Shown: piece after piece, positions 27,707 to 40,250 of the stretch
Layout of the letters: every line of letters begins with the position of its first letter
Numbering within the stretch: the stretch's first letter is position 1
Assembly: GCF_009914755.1 (NCBI RefSeq)
Contig: NC_060927.1
Direction: 5' to 3' (one strand)
Origin: the human T2T-CHM13v2.0 reference genome, Homo sapiens
DNA length: 64,000 nucleotides
The notes under the pieces: generated by a model
Told to the model about the DNA's origin: nothing
Databases searched by the model: none
Seen by the model: only the letters and a program-made list of their open reading frames with translations
Program-made: the position numbers and the translations under genes

Positions 27707-29375
27707 AAAGCCATATTAGTACTCTATAAATACTCCATTAAAAAAAGGTGGGAGGTAGGAGACGATTCCCCAGTTGTCCAAAAAATTCGATTGATGTGCT
27801 GCTGACTTCTGTTTGGTTTAGCAGATGTTTGTTGAGCAGCTGTTTGTTGAATTGGTTGAAAATGAATTAAAAATAATTTTATCTTGACCTTTCTCTTTGT
27901 AACTTTAACATCACCTCATGAGGTAGCTGGAAAAGTCCTGGAATGTCTTTCAAACTCTGGGTGGGAATTACTGTTTACAAGTTGTCAGCCAGTGTCACTA
28001 GGTGATAATTCCCCTCTGTGTGAGTGTCATGGTTACAGTATGCTTTTTTGCCTCTAAAAGAACAATTATATTCAAGAAATTTCCTAGTGCATTGAAAAAC
28101 AGCTGGGTGAAAGTCATTTTAAATCCCCAAATCCAACACATTCGTTCTTTTGTGCATTTAATTAAGCAGAAGTTAAAATAAATTAGAACAGGAGACATTC
28201 AGTGCTGATTGTTGAATCAACAAAGCAAGAAACAGCCTAGCATTACCCTACCACAGATGTCTGTCACTCAGTGCTGTTGCCCTATAAATTTCCATCAACT
28301 CTTACCATTTTTTGAATAACAATTTCTTTTCTAGTAAAAATTGGCATATGATGTATAGCAAGCAATATTCTTTATGCAAATGATATTTCCATATATCTCT
28401 AATTTTTTCCCCTTAATGATACATTTATGTTGGTGGCTTGGATAACTTTTCCGGAGGATGGAGGATGTGAGATGGGTTAGGCTAGAATGGTAAGGTTTAG
28501 GAAAATATAGAAAAATAAGATTTAGCAGTAAATTTGGGTATTATTAGTGGAAGTCATGGTTGAGGTTGTTTCATTTATGATACTAAATTATTTTAAGGAC
28601 ATGTTAAGTTTAATTTGTCTTTATAATGCAAGTAATATATGGTTCATGATAGAAAAAGTTGATTAAAAACATATCAGCCAGAAACTGAGTCCCGTATTTT
28701 TCTCACCCACAGGTATCACTGTTAGCATTTCTAGGTAAACAGTCTTTTTTCCCCCTATTATGTATGTACTTTTGGCTATCTTTTAATAACAGGATTATGC
28801 TTCCTAGGCAGTTGTATGTCTTTTTTCTGCCATTTAATAGAATATCATAATTGATATGGTATTTGATGTTGGCTTCTAAATAACCAAGGGGAGAGGTGAG
28901 GCCTATGGCTAATGTTTCAGCTGAAACAAGGTTAGCCCTAAGTTGAGGATAGTTTTTGCAGATGAGTAATGAGGGTTTATTATACTGTTGCTTTTGCATA
29001 CATTTTGAATTATCTTTCCTAAATTTTTTTAAAGTGTTCAGTAAGCCATAAACATCTCCCCAGATCTACACATTCACACCAATGCCATTCTTAAGAGGCA
29101 TGTGTCATTCCGTGGTAGCATGGATCATATTAATAATTGAACCAGTATCCTATTGTTAGATACGTCTGTTCTCAGTTTTTTCGACCATTCTTGGAAATAG
29201 AGGAAAATTTGTCCAGTCATTTATTTAAGAAGGCATTTGTAAGTTAAATTTTTATTTATTTTTCACTACCCAAGAAGGAATCTGGAGTTACAGTAACAGA
29301 AGATACTGGCTAGTATTTCGCCTTAGTTAACAAAACAATCATGAAAAATCTTTGTTTAGAAAGTTACTAAAGTCT

Positions 29376-29808
<433 letters not shown>

Positions 29809-30190
29809 TCAAGTAATTTTTATTGCCCGATGTCTTGGCGCCTTGATATATTTTAACGTGTTGCGGTTGCATGTGACTCTTCCAAAGACATCTATCGGGA
29901 AATGGATAGTTAATGCATGGTGTGTATCTCTCTGTTGTTTATTTACCATAAGTTACTAATTCCCATTTCTCAGCTGAGAGCTATTATAGGCCTTCCTCTC
30001 ATCAGGGATAGTTGGAGCCAGATAGGATAGAGATTGGGTAACTGTTGGAATGTGGACCACCAATTTCTTTTATTGGCTTCCATAGCTAGTTAGATGGAGA
30101 CTCCTGACCTGAGTGAGGAGTATTATCTGTCCTGTGAGCCTCCAGTTAGCCTGGGTAAAAACAATACATTAAGAATCACTACCTCTTCTT

Positions 30191-30493
<303 letters not shown>

Positions 30494-32728
30494 TCACTAC
30501 CTCTTCTTATGTATGTTTAGTGTGGGACAGGTGCTGTGTTATACCTGGCACCTACCTTAAACAACTGAATCTTTATGAAGGCCATCAGAGGCAGTCTCTC
30601 TTATTCTTCCCACTTTACATGTGAGGAAACGAGGCCTAGACAGTGAGAGAAACTAACTTGTTCAGTTAAAGTTGCACAGCTAGATATAGATTTTTTGGAC
30701 ATGTTAATTAACCCTTTCAGTGGCTTGGATCACGATCCCAATAAATCAGTGATGAATTTTTGGTAGATGTATATTTACTTATTAATTATAATGTGTGCAT
30801 ATAAAAGCCATAGATCTAGGCCTGTGATTAAAACCTGCCCATTGCTTATGTGTCTAAAAGTTCCTTTTCTCTCTGTGCTGCAATAGCTAAATTTTGCCGA
30901 TTTTCTATTTTCTGTTCTTACTTTGATTTGGAACAAACCAAGCTTCAAATGCACAGGGTCCCAGAGTGGTAGAGTGGCTTGCTTATTTGATATATTTTTT
31001 AAGCTAGTGATTTCTGGAAATCGGCAGCCCCTCTTGATGTGGCACACCTAGACCATAAGTCAGTTATAAAGAGTCCTTAGGAGTGTTGGGCCGTGGATGG
31101 GAGGGGAAGGGAAGTGACTGGTAGAGTTTCAAAAGGTAGCTTGTGTACAGCCCTTCCTCATGAATTAAAATTTATGAAAGCTGTTTGGGAAATTCGATAC
31201 CCAGAGGTGCAGACACCACATTTGGTAACACAACATGCTGTGTGCAGAACTGGGGCAGAGTCCTGATGTTGGGCAGATGAGGATGTTTTATCATCATTAG
31301 ACAAACAGTGCCGTGAATGAGGGGCTGTGGCTGGGATCATCCAGCTCAGCTCGTGCTGTTTCCAGTCTCATAAGCAAACCAAAGGCATGCGTGTGGCTGC
31401 CCTCCCGCAATCCAAAGGAAGATGGAAGATGAATGGAAAATGACTGTCGTTCTAAAAGACACTTGAAAACTAACAGCTGGGAAAACTGTTCTGAATACTT
31501 GAAGGGGTAGCCCGACGGGTTTAAAAAAATGAAGGAAGCGATAGATATTCATGTGTTGTCCAGGGAAGAAATAGTCAACATGTGTTTTACAATGTCTGGC
31601 GTAGTTGTCTAGTCTTTACAAGTAGAGGTGTCTGAATACACAGCAGGGGAGTCAGGAATTCGGAGGAGTCGGGTGGGGCTGGAATTGACGGGAACAACCT
31701 GATGGTATCTCCCCACATTCCCTTCTTATTTGGAAAGAAGTGCAGTCCATTGTAGCTGTACCCTCTGTCTTTGCATCTTTGATTTCTCCAGCTCGGAGCA
31801 TCCCCAGACAAGATGGCCTCATCCCTGGTAAAAAGTTCCCTGGCCGAGAGATCAACGTGAATTTCCCATCCTGGCTTCCAGGCGTCTCCGCTTGGCATCT
31901 CACATTTCTAGAAAAACAGCACCCAACCTACTTCCCAGACGTGTCATAATCATGTCCCATTTTGATACTTATTATACAAATAACCCCAAACACGTGTACT
32001 CTTTCTATTGGTTGTTTGTCTAAAACTTTATTTTTGTTCTCCAAAAGTAAATGCCCATTGTAATACCCAATAGTCTCTTTGAATTTGCATCCCCCATACC
32101 TAAGTTTTGGGAGGCCTCCCAATGCTCACCCCTCATTAGTATCTCTGTATTATGTGCAATTTTTTTTTCCTTGAAAGCATTTCTGCAATAATGGCTTTTT
32201 TTCCCCCCGTTAAGTGACGACAGTCATCCTAAGTTAAGTTTATTTGACTAGGAGAGGGAAGAATATTCACAAAGGGCACTGGTCTCACGTGATTGAGAGA
32301 CTGGTAGAAACATGGCAAGATTGGGCCACAGTCAAATCAGAGTCTGGAAAGCTTGCTGCCTCAGGGATGGCTGTACATACAAACTCCCAAATGATACATT
32401 AATTGATTTTGATTATATGACTCCAAAGCTTGAGCATTTCAAACTGTTTTCAAACTAATGGCCATCGCATTTGGCAAGGAGCCCAACTGCGCATTGGTTT
32501 CATTATAAAAGGAGATCTTGACAGCCTGTCAGGAGGACAGAATGCATGCTAGGGTTTTGAGAAGTTGCTCAGTTTCAGAGGACTTGGTGGTGTTTTTCAT
32601 TAAAAGGTACCAGAAATTTAGCAGCCCGACCAAGAGCCAGGCTTATAAGTCACAGAATGACCCTGGTCAGTACATGCAGAACCTTAACAGTATGATCTTA
32701 AGATATCTCATTAGATTCCAGTGAATAA

Positions 32729-33044
32729 GGCCAGGTACCGTGGCTCACGTCTGTAATCCCAGCACTTTGGGAGGTCAAAGCTGGTGGATCACTTGAGTCC
32801 AGGAGTTTGAGAACAGCCACCACAGTGGAACCCTGTCTCTACTAAGAATACAAAAAATTAGCTGGGTGTGGTGGTGCACGCCTGTAATCCCAGCTACTCA
32901 GGAAGCTGAGGCACGAGAATTACTTGAACCCGGGAGGTAGAAGTTGCAGTGAGCTGAGATCATGCCGTTGCACTGCAGCCTGGGCGACGAGCGAAACTCT
33001 GTCTCAAAAAACCAAAAAAACAAAAAAGCAAAAAAACCCCACAA
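32729..33044 (+). mobile_element. Alu (S-like)
   Basis: Dimer; TSD tccagtgaataa/tccagtgagtaa. Confidence 0.93.
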
Positions 33045-34996
33045 TCCAGTGAGTAAGACCTCAGCCGGCCTGAGGTTCACAGGGTTTAAATGGAATGCAG
33101 TGGGAAGTAAAGAGTGATCCCAAGGAGAAGTAAAAATCTTGACACCTTACTCTCTTCGGCTTGTCCCACTTTTCTTCAACTGCCCCGCTACTGGAACATT
33201 TTCTCTTTCTCAATTTCGATTGTCCCCTTAAGCAATTTACTAATTAGACATTAAAACTTCCTATTCTCTCAATCCCAAAGCAAAACTGATGAGCAGAGCA
33301 AACCAGAGCAGTTGGGCCAGAACAGAACAAAGACGTACCTGATGCAGGGAATTGAAGCCAGACCCAAAACGGGCAACCCAATAGGATGGCCATCTGCCCC
33401 ATTAATGCCAGCTTGTCCAAGTGTAATTATTAACAGTGCCCCCTTTCACTCTCCAAAGAGTCCCTGTCCAGACAGTTAATTGTGAAGTCGCCTTCAGATG
33501 ACTGGCGGTAAGGAAAGTAGAGTGAGGGAAGCAGGGTAGGTGGAGGTGTGAAAGGGAGAGGGCCTCATCTCAGGGTGGCTGGACCTGCACCAGCATCGGC
33601 CTGCATGAATGTGCTCCTACTCTTGCCCAGGCTGAGTATCAAGAGAAGCAAGAAATCTAGATAAAAATCCAAATCCAGAAACATCAGCGTTTTGAGGTTA
33701 ACATGTTGGCAATTATTCAGCTTTATGAAAAAAAAAAAAAAAAAAAAAAAAAAACAGCATGGGAGCCTGGCAAAATATGTGGGTGACCCTTGGCTACTTT
33801 TGAATGAAGTTTTTCATTCTGTCCTTCAAAAAAAAAATCATACAAAAAAAATAGGAGATCAAGGGGGAAAAAAAAAAGAGGGCATGGAAAAACCAGCCTC
33901 TGGTATAGGCTTTCAGGGTATATTGGTGAGCAAACTTTTCCTAGAGCTGTTTCTGGTTATCAGGTGTGGTACAGGTTGCAGGGAGGTGGGGATGGGGATG
34001 ACTAGGGTCACAGCAGGCAATAACTAGGGTTATTGGCACCCGGTTGGTGTTTGGTGCCTGCTGTGTAACTTGCTGGGTGTTGGGAATCTGTATATGGCAT
34101 ATGCCATGTGCACAGTGGGATGTGTTTAAAATGTGGGAGACAGGAGCTGTATGGAAATCATTATTTTCAAATGCGGTCATGGCTTTTAGGTTGTGAATTT
34201 TTGTTCCTTTCCAAAACCGGTTTAGATGAGCAGCTTTGCTTTTTAGTGAGATTGAGTTAATCTTATATCTTTATGTTCTAAAAAAAAAAAAAAAAAAAAA
34301 AAAGAAGAAGAAAGTAACAATGTCCAAACTTCCCTGGAGCCATTTCTGTCTCTGTGAAATAGGCAATTTAAGGTCCATCCCATCCTAAAAGCTTTTAGCT
34401 TGTGAAAAGCTTCTTTTCTTGCTTTTAAAACCTTCACTCTGCGTTTAGAATAAATGGCATTCCTGGATCTGTTAAATAGGCAGTTAATAATGCCACAGAA
34501 ACTACCCACCACACACCCAACCACAAAACTTGCTCAGAGGCAGGATGTGTATTGGAATATTCTGTAATGATCCAATGCTGAAACATTACAATCAGCCTTG
34601 ACCCTGCAATCTGCATTTTTAATTGCAGCCTTCATTTACAGTGGGGTATTGATCTGCTTTCAGTTTGTCCTGAAGGTTGACTGGATCTCGTAATCTATTC
34701 ATGTCAGACTGCCTGCTAGGACCAGCATGAATTCAGCTCTTCAGAGGAAGCATTGTCATACAGAGAGGACTCGGCCGTTTGTTTCACCTTGATATATTTC
34801 CCAATATATGCTTCATTCTCTGGGGTAGTTTTTATTCCTCTTCTATGAAATGTGGATTATAAGGACTCATGCCCCATGGAATTTCTATAGGGTTTAGATG
34901 AGATAATACATGTAAAGTATTTGATATGGGCATGTAGGAAGCACCAAATAAACAGTAGCCATTATGATTTTTCTTGCTCTGGATTTAACTTTTTTA

Positions 34997-35397
<401 letters not shown>

Positions 35398-35419
35398 GTG
35401 AACTGGTAATGAGAAATGA

Positions 35420-35720
35420 ATTTTGGAAATAATGGTGAACTGCAAACATGGACTATAAGTTAGACCATATTATATCAATGTTAAATTCTCTGAATTTGAT
35501 AATTCTACTATGATTATATACGAGAATGTCTTTGTCTTAAGAAATTCACTCGAGTATTTGGGGTCCAAGGGGCATGATATCTTCAAGCTATTCTCAAATG
35601 GTTGAGGAATATATATGTGCATAGAGACTTATATAGCAGATGCTGTTAAATGTTGACAGTAATGGGTATGGGTGATGGGGACATAGGCATTTGTTGTAAA
35701 GTTAAACATAAAAAAGTTTT
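35420..35720 (+). mobile_element. Old L1M 3'UTR fragment
   Basis: 'tatcaatgttaaattctctgaatttgataatt...gagaatgtctttgtcttaagaaattcac'. Confidence 0.65.
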
Positions 35721-35932
35721 TAATAAAGTGGGCCAGTGAGGAAAAAGGTAGCTGGTAACTTCATTCTGTGTTTTTTCACTAGGTCAGAACTACTGGTTCA
35801 TTTATCATTTCTGTCCAAAGGTGGATTTTTTCCAATTAGTTTCTCTATCCTGTTCTTCTTTCCCACCCCTCAATTCTTGATTCCTGGGGATGGTTATTTG
35901 AAAAGAACTTCCTTGCCCAGCTTTCAGTGACC

Positions 35933-36056
35933 CTGCTGTTTTGTTTCCAACTCCCAGTCATAATCCTTTGTTCATGACATTATAATCATCACCACAAGTG
36001 GCTAATTGTGATGTCACAAATGGAGGATTATGACTCAAATGAGGAATAAACAGCAG
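35933..36056. repeat. Long imperfect palindrome (possible ancient MITE-like element)
   Basis: Paired arms ctgctgttt/aaacagcag, agtcataatcct/aggattatgact, tgacat/atgtca; centre ccac-aa-gtgg. Confidence 0.85.
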
Positions 36057-38609
36057 TGGCGGATTAATTCCTAAGCAACGAAGAAGATTCTGTTTTGTGC
36101 AAATGCCCCAGGGTAATAAAATTTAAAACCAGAAAAAGGCAAGGGGAAGACAAAGCTGAACATATGTGATCTATTAGCTAAATTGTCCTTAAGTGGAAAG
36201 CTTTTCTTTCTCTCTTTCTTCCTTCCTTAATTTTCCACGTGGTATGAATAGCTCCTCTATGGTAGATAAATCGATTTGGTTTTAGGCCTAACAAAGCTCA
36301 AGGTGTCTTGCTGACTAATTACAGGGATGTCACACCTGGGCTGAAAAGTGAGTCATTATGGAATCTTTGAGGTGTTTTTATTTTCCATAAAGTTGAATTG
36401 CTCTTTTCAGTCAGCATTGCAAAAGTCAGGCTATAAAGATCAGCACAATGGCCGAAGACAGCTGGGCTGATAATTGACAGCAGTCCCAACCTGGAAACTC
36501 TGGGTAAGGCCAGCAGAGCCGAATGGCGTCAGTCACTCAGGACAGTTTTCTGAATGGGTGATATGTAAATGAGGCAGTGGTAACAGCTGTTGCTGTGGAT
36601 TGGCCTAGAAATAGTAGTCAATTCTCTGTGGAGGGTCAATTTTCGATTCTAAGTCAAGGATGTGTTTTTTTTCCCTTTTAGGAAATATGTGGTTCCCATA
36701 CTATTCAGTTAACCAAGCAGCCAAATCCCTCTCTACACTTAACAGCTCCCTCATCCTTGGGGTTACTTGGCCGTCTCAGGAACACTCTTGAGTTTGTGGC
36801 CTTTTCTAAAACCATGGTTGCAGTAGCCAAACTAAACTGGAAATCCCTTTGAATTGTTTTCCTTTTCATGGGACATAGTGTTCCTTTCTTCCGTTTGATA
36901 TATTTCGTTCTCTGTCGTGCTTGAGCTCTCTCTCGACTTATGACTTCACCGTCACTTGAATATTGGAAGCCTTCTTGAAAAACATTGGTGAAAGACTTGA
37001 GGCTACAGTTTGGCATCAGCAGCAGAGCAAATAAAACCACACTTTAAAAACTTGGTAAATTTAGTTATGAAGGAGACCTCCCATTCGAGTCTAGGCGTTT
37101 AATAATAGCCTGTATGCACAAAGTAGAAATTATGTGATTATCGTCTTGGGGCTGTGATTAGAATGTGTTGCTATATATTGGTAACATTTAGAAATGTGTA
37201 ACTTCATCCCAGCTCCATGGTACCGTAGGGCAAGCATGACATAAACATGGTCTTGCAGTTGTACACTGGTTTGAGATTCCCTGGAGACTAAACAGCTATG
37301 AGGGAGTCATGCTTCCGTTTGCCACTGTTGTCTCCTTTGTCTCGTATAGGCTATCAGAGATGTTTCCTGGACTTTTAAGAGTAGCTCCAACAGAAGTTTT
37401 GCCTTCTGAGTAGTAAGGTGGTCACAACTTGTCCTGTTTCCCCTATGGGAGTGTATATGCTGGTGGTGGTGGTGGGGGATCTCACCTTTGTTTCCACATC
37501 AGTATGCTGCTGCCAGCTCCCCTCCAGGCTGTGCTGTCGGGACACATCTGTGTGCCTGTATGTGGCTCATTAGGGAGCGGGTTGCCTGTTCTTTTGAGGT
37601 GAGCATACATTTTGATTTTTCTTTTGGCATCTTTTGGTTTGGAACATTTACAGCCCTTTTTAAAAATATAGTCATTTCTGTGTGGGTTTTCTCCGAGCCA
37701 GTATTTGCCACACTCCAGTGATATTGAGAGAAACAAAGGGAACACGTCCAAGCCCAGAGGGGCTCTGTCTTAACATCTGACAGGAGCTTCTAAGCCCAGT
37801 GTGGTTGTTACTGTGGGAAGTCGGGAAGTCCATTACCCAAGGCTGTGGGAAACACAGGTCATAAAAGCGGGGGCCTCTGATCCTGGGGCATTTACAGCTT
37901 AGTTTGGGAGCCAAAACTGGACCATGTGAAACAGCTTAGAACAATTGCAGAACCAAGAATTAGCAAATGTGGATTAATGTAGATTAAAACTTGCCTGTGA
38001 GATTCCAAGGTACTTGGAAATCTGAGTTTTACAGTTGACTGGGAAAGGCTTCCTGGAGTAGTTGAGTTTGGGAACCAGGTTTTAAATGAACCAATATGGG
38101 GTGGTGAAGATGATCGTGATATCTGTCACCAGAGACACCTCTGTGTGAATCCCTTCCCTGCCATTGACTGACCTTGGGACAAATTATTTAACCCAAGTCT
38201 AGTCTCCTGGAGATGAGCCTTTGTTTCTCTCTCCCCATCTCCCTCCCTCTCTCTGTTACTCCTCCTCCCGCTCTCCTTCTTTCTTTTCCCGCTCCTCCGC
38301 CTCTCTCATTCTCTTTCTTAAGTACAAGACTGCCTACCTCCCTCATCTGGTGGTTATGAGGATTAAACGAGATAGTACATTTAAAAAATTGGGCAATGTG
38401 CTTGCACTTACTATGTTGAGAATTTGGAATTATCAGTGGAGGCAGGAAGAGTTCAAGACAAGGAAACTGGCCTGTGCAAACAGGCGCACTGATGGAGAAG
38501 GAAGACATCAAATGCCTTATCGTGGAGGGCAAGTTAGTTTGGTTAGAAAGGAAGTCTGACCAGGGAGGAGAAGAGGGTTGGTTAAAATTAAGAGTGTCCT
38601 TGATGGTCC

Positions 38610-38940
38610 CAATAGGGATCTGACTACCTCAGGGATGCAGATACTGAGTTAGCAGTGCAAGGAATTCATTGGGGGTTAGTGCCTGTAGCAGAAGTAAAGG
38701 GAAGAAGCAGGATTGGACAGGGAGAATCTCAGAATGTGCTGCAGATCTGCCATAGTGGACAGAAACAGGCAGACCCCAGTAGTACCCCTGACTCCTTGCA
38801 GCCCTTGGCTGGGGAAGAGCTTTGCCTTGACACAAAAGCTGCTTGGAACCTGAAGGTTCTTTGCAGCTGAGTAGCAAGTTCTTTGCTGAAGGGAGCTCCA
38901 AGTTGTACCCCTGCTAGGGCTAGCTAGAGATACCTCCACT
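38610..38940 (-). mobile_element. ERVL LTR fragment (LTR16/LTR33-like)
   Basis: 'gaagcaggattggacagggagaa...tgctgcagatctg' resembles the antisense LTR16 family. Confidence 0.5.
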
Positions 38941-39659
38941 ATCTGTGTTGGGGTCCCTATTCTGTCTTACTTCTGTCACATGTAGTTTATTTCCTACACA
39001 GCATTTTATCATCAACTATAATAAAAAGGTAATGAAAATGTATCCTGTTAGTCTCTGCCCCTAGAGTGTGGCCTTTGTCAGTGTAATTGACTGCTGGCAC
39101 ATTGAGGAGCACAGGAGAGGGCATTTCCTGGCAACCTGGCATATAATGGTGTCAGATTTCTTATTGCCGTGTTCTCTTTTGAGCTTGGAAAGATTAGTTA
39201 CCGCTTGTTGGGGTATGAGTGGGAGCGCCGTGCTTCTGAACATTTGCAAAGCATCTGCCAGGACCCTGCACCGTGAGGAGCACTTGGTGCTCGTTACCTC
39301 ATTCCCGTGGTCTTGCGTGGAGAGGGACTTGTTTACATTTGTTTTAGTACCGAGATGCATGCATGTCCACTTGATGGGTAAGGAAACTGAGTGTTAGAGA
39401 ACTTAAATATTAAGGTTCTCTAGGACCACTTACCTCAGGAGTGGCAGAGATGGGACCTCAGCTCTTTCTGCCCACTAAGCCTGTCAACTTAATGGCTCTG
39501 CTGTCATGTGACAGATAGAGCTGGAGCTAGGGAATGAATGCAAAGAGAATTTGGCCCATACTAGCCCTCTGATACTTACCATTGTTCTCTGTGCCAGGGT
39601 TCATGTTAGAACTGGCCTGTGCCGTGAGTAGTTGGTGAGACTGGGGGAAATGAGTGGTC

Positions 39660-40250
39660 TTAGACGTCACTATTGGGGACTTTAAATGAGCACAGCTTCT
39701 GTGAAGGCGACTGGGCCATGTCCATCACAGTTAGATTTGCCTATACCCTTGGATCAGGAAACTCTGCCCCCAGGTGTGTGCCCCACAGATGTACTTGGCC
39801 ACAGTGCAAAATGACTCATGTCAAGGTTATTCCTTGCATCAGTGTTTGGATTTTGAAAGGATTGGAAATAACCTGACAGCCCATTAATAGGGGCTGTTTT
39901 AATAAATTATACTATGCTAAATAATGGCATATGTGCAGATGTTACAATCAGAGAAGCATTGCCCTATGAACAGATACATATGTTTGTCTGTATATCGAAA
40001 TCTCTATTTCCCTAGATAGCCTTGTTAATCAGGTGGGGGAAAAGCAGGGCGTACAACGGTATTTAGTTAAAGCTACTTTTTTTATGGGACACATACAGGA
40101 TTATCTTTAGCATCATGGTATTAATGGTTGGTGTTGTCTTGAGAGGTATGGGGAAGAGGTGAGATAAGGAGTCCATGTTTTTATACTTTGACTTTGATTT
40201 ATAGAATATATACATACATTATCAGTTCAGAAAATTAAATTTAATAAAGA
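39660..40250 (+). mobile_element. Old L1ME fragments
   Basis: 'ttggaaataacctgacagcccattaataggg...aataaattatac' L1 3' signature. Confidence 0.55.
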
